From contig NW_024704742.1 in the NCBI RefSeq assembly GCF_018977255.1, positions 24,244,001 through 24,308,000 on the forward strand: a stretch of 64,000 nt of DNA. The letters are read 5' to 3'. Positions 49,190 through 62,970 of the stretch are shown piece by piece. The translations under genes were made by a program, and so were the position numbers. Source of the stretch: Callorhinchus milii (lineage: Eukaryota). The first letter of the stretch is position 1. Each line of letters begins with the position of its first letter. The notes below the pieces were generated by a model, which worked only from the letters and a program-made list of their open reading frames with translations, was not told the origin of the DNA and ran no database searches.

Positions 49190-49590
49190 AATAATACTTG
49201 CATTTGATACAGCGCCTCATCACGTCGTTGACACATTTCAAAGCGCCTCACAAAATATATTGTAAAGTGGATTGATTGCATTTTGTGGGTGAAACGCGGC
49301 AGTCATTTGTGCACAGTAGTGTCTTACAAATAATAATAAATCATAATAATCCTTGCATTTGATATAGCGCCTTATATACTGAGTGACCACATTTTTTGGG
49401 GGGCGGGGGGAAACGGCAGACTATTACCCCCGGAAAGCGAACCGCCAATCGACAAATAAACCAGGTTCCTACTTACTGCAAGTTAAACAGAGACACGTGG
49501 AGAAAGGAAACTTGCCTCAGGTTTCATCCTGCCCAGGAATCAAACCTGGGTCCTCTAGTTTGCGAGGTGAGATGTATCGCAGCTCAGGCA
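49190..49590 (-). mobile_element. SINE family A long form with a duplicated or nested tail
   Basis: Two tail segments (49190-49330, 49345-49375); long-form linker and head at 49410-49590. Confidence 0.75.
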
Positions 49591-50439
49591 CATAAAACAC
49601 AGCCTGGGTATGCACTGGGTGGGGGCAGGGTGGCCTGAATATACTGTATGTTCCAATTCTTTTCAATTTATCATGTCCTGTCTTTTATTTAAATACATTT
49701 AAATACAGATTAAACATCTAATGACCTTTGAACCTTACATGTAACATTTTCCCATGCGGGGACCAAAGTGAACGTACAACACAAACAAATTTCAACCATC
49801 CAATCTATTAGAATTTGCCCTGTGGTCTCCTTTGCCGAACGGCATAGGAGGGGGGAAAAAAAAGTCTTGCACAACAAAATAGCCAATTTTTTAAAAAAAA
49901 GATACACAAAGGCTAGAGGTTCAAAAAGCTGTCATTGGGTGTGTCAGAGAAAGAAGGGATGCACACAAAAGTGTTGTTTTAAAGAGCTCTTTGATCAGGT
50001 GTTATCTACCTTTTAACAACAGCTGTATTTCTTTCACAGTTTCCCCTGGGGTCTTGGGTACAACAGTAACCGTGCAGGGACTCTTACATGTTTCAATCCT
50101 GTTCTTTCTTCTGCAGGCCTGCCTGCCTCTGCCTGTCTGCCGTGATAGACTGCATGTGAAACTGACTGACATTTAGTGATCACATTCAAGTTTATTACAG
50201 ATCATTCTCAAATTATTTTTTATTGCTTTCAAAGGGTAGATTACATTTTTTTTAAAAAAACAGTGTGTGAACCTGACAAAGTCAGAGCAAAACAAAACGG
50301 ATTTAATCATCCAACCTTTTCTAAAATTCGGGAGTGTGCGTCTTTTAAGAATCCACCTGTCCGTCTCTGCCAACAGTTCACTCAGTGAAGCTGCTGTCTA
50401 CAGTGAAATTAAGACAAGCCCACTTGATAGTCTGCTGTT

Positions 50440-50745
50440 TGATTCTTGGTCTATGCTGACCAGTGCTACAATCAGCCCTGGCAACGTCGAGTAGGTAAAA
50501 TCAGTCAGGGGTCTCGCTCCTGATTTCTGTCCTGGTAAATTAACTTTTCTGTGCAGTAAATTTCTAAGATCTAAACCCGACTGGAAAGTGAGGTGAGGTC
50601 AGGATTGGGCATGACCAATACTCCACTCCATGGTCAAATAGTCCATCAACGCTGTGTCATGTGCTTATACGTGAAACTGAAATGTCTACCAGTTCCCATG
50701 GAATCGTAACTCAGGAAAAAGTCAACGCTTTGAGAAGGTGGTGGG
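50440..50745 (+). mobile_element. AmnSINE2-like SINE 3' part
   Basis: aaaatcagtcaggggtctcgctcctgat...catggtcaaatag...gtcaacgctttgagaagg. Confidence 0.55.
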
Positions 50746-51066
50746 AGCGCATGTCAAATGTAATGAATATTATAATGTCAAAATCGTGTGACCTCTCCAT
50801 CCAAGATATTGGGCAAGTGACCCTTTTTCTGAATTTCATTTCCTTGTGGAGAAACATCTTGGAATACAATGAATACAATTCCTCAATGGTACGACTGAGT
50901 TGGAAGCCTGAAATTTGAAATCACTTTACAAGATCATAAGATTAATTTCATTGAAGAAAGGCCTTTGGCACATCTAATCTCATCCTTCGAGAATGAACAC
51001 CCATGCTACCATATTCCCATCACAGCATCAAGCTGCTTTTTAATTGAATCAAGTATTTTGACCTCA

Positions 51067-51500
51067 ATAATAATTATCCTTGCATTTCATACAGCACCTT
51101 ATCAGGTCGTTGAGACATCTCAAAAGGGTTCAGAGGATATACTGTAAAATGGATTGACTGTATTTTATGGATGAAACCCTGCAGTCAGTTGCACACAGCA
51201 GTGTCCCACAAACAGCTATAGAGTGAGTGACCAATGTTATTTGGGGGATTGTTGGCCAGGTCACTGGGAGAAACTCCTTTCTCTTTTTAAATAGTGCCAT
51301 GGGATCTTTAACATCCACCTGAACAGGTACATAGGACCTTGATTTAATGTCTCATCCGGAAGACGGCACCTCCAACTTTGCAATACATCCCAGCACTGTA
51401 TTGGAATGTCACCTTAGGCTATATGATTCCAAGTCCCAACATTCCCACAACCTTCTGACTCAGAGGCAAGTGTGCTACCACTGTGCTGATACACCTGACA
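51067..51500 (-). mobile_element. Deu-type SINE (family B, SacSINE1-like), full length
   Basis: Reverse strand: tRNA-like head, gaggtgccgtcttccggatgag, gttaaagatcccatggcact, ctcccagtgacctggccaac, Deu 3' part, tail. Confidence 0.8.
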
Positions 51501-51624
51501 CTCCAGGCAATTCACCCTTCCTGACAACTAGTTTGTCATCAATTACCTTCTAGGTAAAGGGAAAATCCCGAGTGACTGTCGTGAAATTGCCCTTTGAAAC
51601 TTTACACCTGTGGCCTCTTACTCT

Positions 51625-51770
51625 ATTGTCTTGTTCTAAAGTATTGTTCTGGGTTTGGCTGGTCAATCCCATTTACAATGTTATGTACCTCTATTACGAT
51701 TCCCTCAAAGATTCCTCTTTTCAAGATTGAAGAGCCCTTGGGTGGCCTTTTCAAGTGATAAGGTGCTAGA
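51625..51770 (-). mobile_element. CR1 fragment
   Basis: Reverse strand cttcaatcttgaaaagaggaatctttgagggaatc...gtacataacattgtaaatggg. Confidence 0.55.
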
Positions 51771-52681
51771 AAATTTAAGTTATTTTTATTTGTTTGAATT
51801 GTAACATTTTGAGTGAAAAGGTGATTGAATCCTCCAATAAAGGTTGCAGTTGAATCTGAAAGTGTAAAGACAGTCTCATGTGTGACTGGATAAGACAAAC
51901 CATCAGTTGATATGGTGGTAAAGACCTAACTCAATGACTCGTACAATAGGTAGCTTTCCAGGGAACATGAGCTGCCTATCAATTCTCCGTACCTTACTCT
52001 CAGGTCTGTTCCATGCATGCAGGTTTGGTGTTGAATATCTGATCACATTCAAAAAGGATCCCTGGCCTCCCATCTCCATCTCTTAGTCTGAGTTTGTATC
52101 GTGGTTCTGCTCTGACGGCAGCCTGCAAAGTAGATAAGGTTACAGCACTGGTTGCCATGTTAGGAAGCGTTTTTTATTGGATTCTGGAGATGTCAGTGTA
52201 GGAAGGTCTGTGGAAAAACTGAGCTGCAATTTGCAACTTCGAAATACTGCTACACACACAAATTCCCTAGCTGTTTGTCGTACAGCAGAGAACACAAAGT
52301 ATTTTCTGTTGGTTGGCACACCACAATACAAACACACCAATGCTTGTCATGAATGTATCTGTGGACTCCCAAGGAGATTCTGAGCATGTGTCGCAACACT
52401 TCCAGCAGTTTGCCCTTTGATGTTTGCTGAAAGGAAAACTCCGGCTTCACTTAACACACATACACACTTTTCCAAAAAGAAATTGGTCATATTTAATGGC
52501 TGTTTGTGTGACATTAGTGTGTATTAATTTGGATGTTGAGTTTGCCTACAAATAAAATGTTGCTACACTTCGTGCAAAATTCTATGATGTGCTTTGAGAT
52601 GTTTCAGTACAAAGTGCTATATCAAATGCAAGGATTATTTAATATTTCACTGAGCATATTGCTTTGTTTAACAGAATATAA

Positions 52682-53000
52682 AAATAATAATCCCTGTATT
52701 TGATATCACGTCATTAAGGTGTCTCAAAGCACTTCACAGAATACACTTTGAAGTGTATTTTGTGGGTGAAATGTGGCAGCCAATTCCGCATAGCACTGTC
52801 TCTAAAAACAGTTGTGGATTGAGTGACCATATTATTATTGGTTTTTTAAACGGATTATTACGTCCGGAAAAGCCATTCTCTAATCGACGAACAAGTGGAT
52901 TCCTACTTACTACTAGGTAAACAGAGGCGTGTGGAGTAAGGAAACTTGCCTAAGGTTTCATCCTGCCCAGGAATCGAACCCGGGTCCTCTTGCTTGCGAG
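52682..53000 (-). mobile_element. SINE family A long form
   Basis: B-box gggttcgattcc, ccttaggcaagtttcc, long linker, Deu part, tail. Confidence 0.85.
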
Positions 53001-53159
53001 AATCTAAACTCATGACCACGTGGTCGCTTTTCAGTCACTGCCATGCTCTCCATGTGTGGTGGGTGCAGTGCTGAGCAGAGACAAAGGAGGGAGAACTAAA
53101 TACTGTTTGGATCATACCTCCAGAGGCAGAAAATGCAATCGGCCTGCTCTTGCTAACGT

Positions 53160-53447
53160 CATTATATTTAGATGTCAATCTGGCTCCGTTGGTCCTCTTC
53201 AGGTGGGTGTGAAAGATTCCATGGCTCTAATTGGGAAGACAGTTTCTCCTGGTCTCCTGGCCAACAATCCCCCAGATAAAATTGGTCATTCACTTCATGG
53301 CTGTTTGTGGGTAATTACTGTGCACAAATTGGCTGCTGTGTTCGCCTACAAATAGTCACTGCACTTTGCAGTCAATCCTGTGAAGTGTTTTGAGACGTTT
53401 CATCGATGTGATGACACGCCTATATCAAATACAAGAAATATTATTAT
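53160..53447 (+). mobile_element. Deu-type SINE (family B) 3' part
   Basis: aaagattccatggctct...ctcctggtctcctggccaac...tgtttgtggg plus tail. Confidence 0.75.
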
Positions 53448-54187
53448 CACCAAATACATAGAGTTGCCAGAGATGTGTTCTGTGTTGCACTCAGAAGCAG
53501 CATAAATCAAATGTTTCCCCCTCCCCCCGCCCCCGACCCAAAATAATTGCTAGTGTTTCTTTCATTCTGCTATTATTCGGTGGACATAAAACAGTTTGGC
53601 AGCACTCTCGTCTCTGGATCAGAAGGTTGTGGGTTTAAGCCTTATTTTGGAACATGAGTTCAAAGTCTAAGCTGACAATGAACTTCCATTTTTATAGGGA
53701 TTTATTGCATCGAAATATCATTATTGCAAAGTGTACTAACTGTTATTGCAAGCAAATGTGGGAGCCAATTTGTGCACAGCAATTACTCGCAAACAAAAAA
53801 CAAAATGAATGCTTATCTGCCCTACTCGTTGCAGATGCATCCCTCAATTCTTTTGACTCACCTCCTTACCCCTTTCAAGGTCTGTAGCAAGATTGTACCA
53901 CTAGACCGCACCTTCGGTCATCTTTCCCCTCCTTACAACCCCTCGGCTCCCATCCCAGCTCTGGTGCCAAGTCAGAGCTGTTAAGCACTTTGGGACATCC
54001 TCCTGAAATGAAAGGCTCTATATAAATGTAATTTTTTAAATTATGATCGATTTTTTCCAGAGGATTGTTGGCCAGGACATTAGGAGAAACTCTCTCCAAT
54101 TGTTGAACAGCATATTGGGATCTTTAACAATTATAGTATCTGAGCAAATGGGATCCCAGTTCAATATCCCATTTGAAAGGAGGCACT

Positions 54188-54515
54188 TAATAATAATAAT
54201 AATAATAATAATAATCGTTGCATTTGATATAGCGCTTTTCAAGTCGGGAGGACGTCCCAAAGTGCTTCACAGAACACACTGTAAAGTGAATTGACTGTAC
54301 ATTTGTGGGCGAACGCGGCAGCCAATTGCGCACAGCAATGTCCCACAAACAGTCGTGGATTGAAAATGACCAATTTATTTTTGGTTTTGGAGGGATTATT
54401 ATTAGGCTCTGTGTGGAGTAAGGAAACTTGCCCAAGGTTTCGCCCTCTGCCTGGAATTGAACTCAGGTCTCTCGCTTGCAAAGCGAGTGCTCTAACCACT
54501 GAGCTACAGGACTCC
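54188..54515 (-). mobile_element. SINE family A young short subfamily, full length, inserted among older Deu-SINE fragments
   Basis: Near-identical to 6301-6621; long (AAT)n tail; short candidate TSD ACTT. Confidence 0.93.
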
Positions 54516-54639
54516 ACTTGTCAATCCAGTGCTTCTCTCTGTCCTGTGAAGTATCCGCCTAGATCAGTGGTGGCCAACCTTTATGGTTGGCCAACAAAAT
54601 AAATATTCTTTTCTGAATATTTCTTGATTTATGCCATGA

Positions 54640-54890
54640 ATCACACCAGGAGAAACTCCCTCTCTTTTCAAAAGAAATGCCATGGGATCTTTAACGTCAA
54701 TCTTTAACGTAGATGGGCCTCAGTTTAAAGTCTCATCCAAAGTATGGGCCCTCCAACATTGCAGCACATCCCAGCACGACATTGAAGTATAAGCTTAAAC
54801 TATGTGAGTTCCAAGTCCCAACTTGGGTCTTGAACCGAAAACCTTCCGACTCAGAAGCAAGAGTACCACCAACCGAGCCAGGCTGACACA
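54640..54890 (-). mobile_element. Deu-type SINE (family B) 5' part
   Basis: Reverse strand tgtcagcctggctcggttgg...ggttcaag...aaagatcccatggca. Confidence 0.75.
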
Positions 54891-55449
54891 GGGTAAATTT
54901 ATGTACAATGCTAGAGTAGTTAGTGTATTTTATATCAGTCTTGTGGTGTGGGATCAGATTGGTACAATGCATTAGTATTGAGTTGAATCCCTTCTTACCT
55001 TTAGGGAGGAGCTTAATGAAACAAATACCTCCTTTTGTCAACAGCAGCCTTTACCATCCCTTTAACGTTTGTTTTTTTGTTGTGAATGATGAGTGCTTCC
55101 CTCCACATTTGCCCTTTAGTGCGGGAGTGAGAACAAAGCAGATATGCAGTGTGGGTGGGAAGGAGGGTTATTGTTTGTTTTTTAATTTAATTGCAATTGT
55201 AAACAGAGCTGGATTAGTGCAGTGAACGTACTGGGTTGACATGTGGTAAGGATTATTTCCTCTGTACCATGCCATGTTGTTGTAACAATGTTTGTCTTGT
55301 TGATGTTCTGTTTACTGGGCTGTATCTTACATTATGTTCATATAGCTCAGCCGTTTCAAATAGTGGAGCCGCTAGTCTGGAGTATCAAAAATCACACCTT
55401 GTTTTAGCCCTTAAAAATGTTGTTCTAACCTTTAAAATCAACGTTGGCG

Positions 55450-55828
55450 GGTAAGGTAGTCCTAGCTGGACAAGCAATGGGAAAGCTTGACAGGCTGGGT
55501 TTAAGTGGTTAGACTCCAGCAGTATCCCAACAACAACTTTGAGGTCCCCAATCCTTGGCTTTCGAGAACCTGCGACTAACAATTTCTGGAATTAGATAAC
55601 AACAACAAGATTACACTTGTTTAGCGCCTGTCACATCGGGAGGACGTCCCAATATTCTTTTAATATTTTTAAGCAGGATTGGTACCTCCAGGAAGAGAGT
55701 GTGCCTTCCATTCCAATAAATATCTCTGAAATTTCCATGTCGAGGTGGGATGCATGGAATTCTCAATGTGGTTTTGACACTAGGGTGATGACTTTTCACG
55801 TGTCAGACACCCGGCAGGCCAAAAAGAA
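55450..55828 (+). mobile_element. Family X 3' UTR copy with a nested L2 tail (about 55596-55652, minus)
   Basis: Ends gtcagacacccggcaggccaaaaag; shares gggatgcatggaa and ccattccaa blocks with the other copies. Confidence 0.7.
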
Positions 55829-56139
55829 TCTTATAAAACTGCAATCGAAGGCACGGCTGCGCTGATAGCAAGAAGAAAAAGCAGCATCATCATATACATA
55901 TCGAGTGTGCGTGCACAGGAAGGGGTGGAAGTAGCAGTCCAACAACAGTCTGAAAGCAACTGCCACTGTAACAAACACTACAGTAATTATAATGCCGTAG
56001 AGCTGCACCCATCTTGTTGCTATGTATGATTCGGGCATGATTCTGTTACAGTACCTCTACCCAGGACTTTCACTCTCCTTCCTATACACTTGTAAAATAA
56101 TAAATTCAAGAAAAATGAAACAGAATAATTTATCCAACT

Positions 56140-57115
56140 CTAAGGTTTTCCTTGATGTATGCAGATGACACCCAATTGTACCTCTCTGCCTCCAACCTTG
56201 ACTCCAGGAACACTGCTGTCCTGACAGAATGTCTGTTGGACATCAAGTCCTGGATGAGAGCCAACTTTCTTCAGTTGAATGTCAACAAGACCGAGGCTCT
56301 CTTGACTGGCTCCAGTCAGCTCCTCCTCACCTCAGGCATTGACAGCATCACCATCCATGGTTACACACTCCACCTTGCTAAGCGAGTCCAGAACCTTGGC
56401 ATCTTTTTCACCCTCAACTATCCTTTCTACCCCACATCTGCACCATGACCCGCTCTGCCTTCCCCCTCCTCCACAACATCACCCGACTCCGCCACTGTCT
56501 CACACCGCAGGCTGACGAAACCCTCATACACACTTTCATTACATCGAGGCTTGACTATGCAAACTCCTTGTTTATCGGCCTCCCCAAGTCCTCCTTCCAT
56601 AGGCTGCAGATCATCCAGAACGCTACAGCTCATGCCCTCTCCCTCACCAGGTTCCGTGACCTTATCACCCCCATCCTTGCCGAACTCCACTGACTTACCA
56701 TCACACAGAGGATACAGTTCAAGATCCTGGTCCTCACTTTTATTGCCCTCCATGGTCTTGCTCCCCCCCCTTACCTCTGCTACCTCCTAACCCGCTCCCT
56801 CCACTCAGCAGGATCTGGCCTGCTTCACGTCCCCCACCTCGCTCACCCCACCATTGGCGGGTAGGCCTTCTGACACTTTGCCCCCACCATCTGGAACTCC
56901 ATCCCGCAGTCCCTCCGCCTTGCCCCCTCCCTGCCTCCTTCAAGATCCATCTCAAGACCCTCCTCTTCGACCATACTTTTGATCACCTTGCTTCCGCCCC
57001 TGTCCTCCACTTTCCCCGATCCCGACTCCCAGCTCAGGTCCGAAACTTTGACTGCCCAGTGCCTTGGGACGTCCTCCTGATATGAAATGCACTATACAAA
57101 TGTAATTTTGTTGTT
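56140..57115 (+). mobile_element. L2 LINE RT C-terminal ~1 kb with tail, frameshifted
   Basis: MYADDTQLYLS...DIKSWMRANFLQLNVNKTEALL (YADD catalytic motif), then ETLIHTFITSRLDYANSL. Confidence 0.93.
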
Positions 57116-57974
57116 TAATTGCTGCAAATTTTGTAGCTGTCTGCAACATTGACAACCGCCTGGAGAAGTCACCTGTCTCTATCGTTGGAAGAAGCATCAG
57201 TGCTTCAGATACATTTGAGGAAGGTGTATTTGTTTGTCACTGCCAATTTATCCTCTGAGATGATAAAAAAAATCTTTAATCAAAACGAACTTTCTAGTTG
57301 CCTGTAATTATTCATTAATGGAAATTAGTGAAGAAGAAGATTCCTGAGTAACTGGTACAGGAGTTGGAAAACAATTGAAAAATCGGGATAGGTTTTAAAA
57401 ATTAGGAGGTAAGGACAGAAGGAAATGAATAGGCATGGACTAATGCTAATAATGCTCATTCTAATTTGATTCAATGCCTTATCGTGACATTAAGATGTCT
57501 CAAAAGCACTTTACAGGATATACTGTAAAGTAATGTGGTTATGTGTATTTTATGGGTGGGATGTGGATTGATTCTAATTTCAACCACTGCTTTTGATAAC
57601 CTGATGCGTGCTTTATTACAGTATTATAATTTCTTTTGGCTAACTTACTTTAATGTACAACTGATATACTTGAAATGATGTCAGTTTGGTCTTTGGTTGC
57701 CTTTGGCCATGTCCCTTCCCCCATCATCCTTGGTCTCACTGCATTTTTTGTGAAGTGCTTTGAGTCATACTTTCTCCCTGAGAGGCCTGTCATACATGAA
57801 AATTGTTGTAACTACAAAATCGGATCTCCAACTTTCGGAAAGTTTTATCAGCATTCATTCTTATTTAACCATTTCATTTTACCATTCTATTATCAAATAC
57901 AGTTTGTCACAGCACGATGGAATGAAAGGCGCCTTCTGTGCTGTAAATCATACTAATAATCTATAATAAAAATA

Positions 57975-58380
57975 GTAATTATCCTCGCATTTGACATAGG
58001 AGATTTCATGTCAGCAGGAAATCTCAAAGTGTTTCACAGGATATGCTTTAAAATGGAGTGATTGGTTATTTTGTAGGTGAACCCGGCAGCCAATCCACAT
58101 GAAATAATGATCAATTTTATTTGGGGAATTATTGGCCAGGAAACTGGGAGAATCTCCCTTCTTTTTTCATATAATGTTGGGGGATCTTTAACATCCTCCG
58201 GAACAGGCAGCAAAGACCTTGGTTTGATGTCTCATCCGAAACACGGTACCTTCATCAATGATAATGCTTTCACAGCACTGTATTGGAGTATACGTATAAT
58301 TCGGACTCCCGATGTGATACTTCAACCCATAACCTTCTGACTTGGAGATGAGAGTGATACCAACTGAGCCGGGCTCACAC
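57975..58380 (-). mobile_element. Deu-type SINE (family B), near full length
   Basis: Same layout as 51067-51500. Confidence 0.75.
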
Positions 58381-60565
58381 ATTCGGATATACTGCCTTGG
58401 CTTAGAAAAGGAAAACCACGTTTCTACTTTCCCGCTCTTAATCACAGTGGACCTGCAAAAAAAAATTTAAGTACAGATCAGAGGCTGAATTACTTCCCAT
58501 TGCTCTTATTTGTGATGCAGAGGTAAAAATTATGTCCTGATGAAAGTTCCTCAAAATGATCTCAGAACCCCACCACCCAAACAGGCTCCAACATGATTCA
58601 CTGCACCCCAAATCTATTTATACGGTGCTTTGGTTATTGATTCAGAGCAAAAAGTACAGTAGGAATAAAGCATTAAATATACTTGGGTTTTAGATTGCGT
58701 TCCTTGTGTGTGCTTCAAATTAATTTACAGCACAATGATGCCATTATGATTTTAGCCACAAGGATCATGACTGCAATAAAAAGGATCTTTAAATGTCCAA
58801 TGTAACGCTTCAACTCATTATACCATTGGCAGGGGTGGGAAGGAGGAGGAAATTGAATGTTGATTTGTGTCTATGATTCCTCTACATAATGAGATTAGTC
58901 ATAAAACTTTTGTCTATTTACAGTTCCTGATGGCAATTCCTGTTTAACAAAAATATCTCCTGGAATGGATTCAACGATTTTAAAAATACATTATATGTTT
59001 TTAGAAATGTGGCGTTGGTGACTGAGAGGATAGAAAGAACTCTGGCAATCTGGCTATCAAATTGAAACTGACATTAAGATTTTTCTGTTCTGCTTATGCC
59101 ATCTTAAATTTTAAGGCAAAGATAATGAGATTGTTGAGGCCTCAGGTGAGGTCAGGATTTGACTTTCCTTTATTTCCCCCCTCCCCGCCCAATCACCCGC
59201 CTCCATGATAAAATAGAGAGCAAAATAAATCATCCAGGGGATTTGTGATCAGCTCCAAGAGAGCATCATTGTCTGAGAGCCTTGCTCTGGCTTTGTCTTC
59301 CAAGTAGAGATTTGCAGGTCTGACTGGATCCATGTCCTACCAATCTGTGGCATAGTTTGTCTATGACATGCTGTATCTCATTTAGTTTCACCCGCAAATA
59401 CATAATTGATCCACTTTACAATATATTCTGTGAAGCGCTTTGAGTCGTCTCAACAACATGAAAAGGCGCTATATCAAATGCGAAGATATTATTGTTAGTT
59501 CTACTTAAGGATATAATTGTAGCTTCTTCCTTTAAAGGAATGTTTGTTTCTCTTTTCTTCCCTCTTTCCCGGGAGCAGCTGACTCTTGCTTTGGTATGAT
59601 TCACACAACTCCTGTACCTTATCCACCTATTCTTCATTTCTGAGCCTGGATCGTGAATGGTGTCAGGCTCTTAATATCTGCACCAGACATCCAAACACAT
59701 GCATTTTTCAGAAGAGGTCGTTAGCCAACTCTTCTTTCTAGTTCAATCCTTCATATACAACACCACAGTTGGAGTGGGCAAATAAGGAGTACAGGTACTT
59801 GTAAGATTTAAGGTTAGGTGTGTCTCTGTCCCATCCCTCTGTGATTATAAGGTATGAGGTTCAAATATGAGTTTACATGTCTGCAAGTCAGAATTCCCGC
59901 TGATTCGCCTCCTCCTAGAGCTAAGGTCAAATGCAACCCTCCCCTCCCCTCCACCTCGGTTAGCTGAGATCAGCTAACTGAATACAAACAAGTGGTTAAA
60001 ACAGAGATCTGTGAGCTTCTTGGTTTGTGTTCCTGAGTATCATAGACACAATATGCAATGTAACCTCTTTCTGCGCTGAACATTTCTGTGTTCCTATGTC
60101 GTACCAGACTGTAGTGTATTTTTAAGAATAAGTCTCGTTGCATCTCTGATTCAGCTAATCCTATTTCATTCTAAATTATTTAGAACGACAGATGTAATGC
60201 GTCCTTGTGCCAGGCCTAGCCTCAGAAGCAGGACAAAGCTGCAGGTTGGCAGGAACATACAGCCTGTCCACCTGTAAAATATTGCCCCCGGCAGTGCTAC
60301 TAACCTTGAATTTTTCTTTTGCTTTTTAAAGTGGCATCGTCTTCGTGGGGGAAAAAAGGTAAAATGTTTGATTGGCCTGTTTAGATTAAGGAAGGAAGCA
60401 GAAGCCAAAGAGCTGAGGCTGTTCGTCCTCAGTCACCATTCCCAACCTTAATGGGCATTCAAAAATCCCTCCGATGCAGTGAATCAGTCATTCACTTCAT
60501 AGTTGTTTGTGGGTCATTGCGTTGCACAAGTTAGCTGCTGCATTTACCTACAAAATGCACAGTCA

Positions 60566-60730
60566 ATAATAATAATAATCCTTGCATTTGATATAGCGCC
60601 TTATCATGTTGTTGAGACATCTCAAAGCGCTTCACAGAATATATAGTAAAGTGGAGTGACTGTATTGTGTGGGCGAAACACGGCAGCCAATTGCACACAG
60701 CAGTGTCCCGCAAACAGTCGTGGATTGTTG
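60566..60730 (-). mobile_element. SINE A/B 3' part
   Basis: (AAT)n cctt gcatttgatatagcgcc...cagtcgtggattg. Confidence 0.8.
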
Positions 60731-61429
60731 AGTGCACTTTCCAGTAAATCCTGTGCAGGGCTTTGAGGTATCTCAACGGCTTGATAAAGCGCAAGATCAA
60801 ATGGAAGAATCTTCCCCAATGGAAGTTTCTGTTGTTGGAAACTTTTCCAGACAAACCAAAGATCTCTGGAGCCATTCGTTGTGATTCACCACACTCGAGG
60901 GTTCCAACCGCACATTCCAACGCAATTTACGGCATTGCATTGTTTGCAAGCAAAATAGAAAAGGATTTGCCAAACATGTTTTGGTAAATAGGATTCTCTT
61001 TGAAAAGGATTCTTTTCATTTTTAACAACAGCATAGATTTTCAATGACAGAATTAAAGCACTAGTGATTTTAATCAATCATTATTTCCACATCCACCCCT
61101 CACCACCGCCACTTCTCCTGTGAAAACACCAAATACCGTTCCACCAATGTCCTCTGGCATCTTGGTCAAGTGGCTGTTATCATGTCTGACCCAGACAGTG
61201 AGTGTCAGCGGGTTAACTTTGGAGAGCATCACAATGGAATGCATCCTCTCTTTGAGGACATCCTTGTGTCCTTACTTTTCAGCAAGACCCACTCAATAGT
61301 GAGCGGGAATTAAAACCTTGACTTCAGCACCTTGGGACCTCTGCCCGATGTGAAAGGCTTCCAGATATGGAAAACGTCGTAACATTTAATACTCCAAACT
61401 GCTGAGTTCCATATGTCTGGTTTCCATTT

Positions 61430-61870
61430 CTCTGGTATAGGGTGCCCACTCAACCCCTGGAGGGATGGATCCTGCTTATCTAGTTCTGGAGAATTAGGTG
61501 CAATTTGGGATAGCCAGAGCATGCATTGAGGTACCGATGGAGTTTAATTTTTGTTTGTCAGCCAGGAGTCTGCGGAAACCCATCTCCATGCTTAAGAATA
61601 TCCAAACCAAGCTGAGAATTCCATGCATCCCACCTACACATGGAAATTCCAGAGATAAATTGTTGGAATGCAATGTGCATTCCGGAAAGTATTAGGCGCA
61701 GTTTGGCAGAAGCCAAAGCTTGGGGACACCAAAGTGTGCGTTGGGAACTGCTGGAGTCTAACCAGCTAAAACCGCATAGCTTGCTATTGATATTTTATAT
61801 GGATGAGCTTTCCTTGCTGCTTGTCCAGTTTGGACCACCCTTCCCATTAGGGCTTTGGCTTGCAGAATTA
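61430..61870 (-). mobile_element. Family X 3' UTR copy
   Basis: gtcagccaggagtc-tgcggaaacccatc-ccatgcttaag...aaccagctaaaaccgcatagcttg shared with the 41121 copy. Confidence 0.7.
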
Positions 61871-62335
61871 ACAACAACAACAAAATTACATTGCATAGCG
61901 CCTTTCAGAGAATGGAGGTCGTCCCAAGGTGCTGGACAGACAGTTTCGGACATGAGCTGAAGGTCGGGTGGGGGAGGGTGGAGGGCAGGGGGTGGAAGCA
62001 GGGAGATCAAAAGCACGGTCGAAGAGGGACGGTCTTGAAGTGGGTCTTGAAGGTGGTGAGGGAGGGGGCGAGATGGAGGTACTGCGGGTTGGAGTTCCAG
62101 AGGGTGGGTGCAGAGTGGTGGAAGGCCTGCCCGCTGATAGTGGGGCGAGCAAGGTGGGGGATGTGAAGCAGGCTGGAGCCCGCTGAATGGAGGGAGCGAA
62201 CAGGATGGTAGGGGGTTAGGAGGTCGGAGAGGTATGGGGAGCAAGACCATGGAGGGCTTTGAAGGTGAGGACCAAGATCTTGAACTGTATCCTCTGTGTG
62301 ATTGGAAGCCAGTGGAGGTGGGCGAGGATGGGGAG
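61870..62335 (-). mobile_element. L2 3' fragment
   Basis: Reverse frame PYLSDLLTPYHPVRSLHSAG...SAPTLWNS plus tail (TTG)n. Confidence 0.88.
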
Positions 62336-62970
62336 TTATTATTAGCATAACTAAACACTCGATTTGACTTGTGACAACAACGATCGGATTGAACTTTTCT
62401 TTAAAAAGAACAGGAGCTGAGTGGGAGGATTCCCCCCCCAGTGACTGATCTGTCCTCCCAAGCCCTGCCAACAAGCCAGGACTTTAACCAACTAAAATTG
62501 CACAGCTTATCAGGGTGAACACTGACTGGCACGTTTCCTCCTGCTGGTCCAGTTAAACCATTAGGACTTTGACTTGTCGGGTTAACAGGAGCTGAGAGGG
62601 GGGGAAAAAAAATCTCAGTTACTGACAATGCTCCTCCAACAACTGTTAAATGAGCCAAGTTGCCAGGTCCCTCCCTCAGGGGTAGTGACAGGACACTCTT
62701 CCAAATCACAGTTGAAGTAAACCCTGGGACTGATCTGCTTCACAGCTCTGAGCCCAGGGACCTCTGGACCAATATTTGACTCAAAGACCTGTTAACTGCA
62801 GTGTTTTGACATTGTGTGGGAAAGGGATCTAACCTGAAAGCTTTACAAGCGCCTGTTCCTGCTGTGGTATGTGAAGGACTGATATGAGACAGTTTGTGGG
62901 TGTAAGTCAGTACCAGCTTTGGGATGGGGGGTTGGGCTTGAATACGATCTTAGGAAAAACCAGGGTCAAA

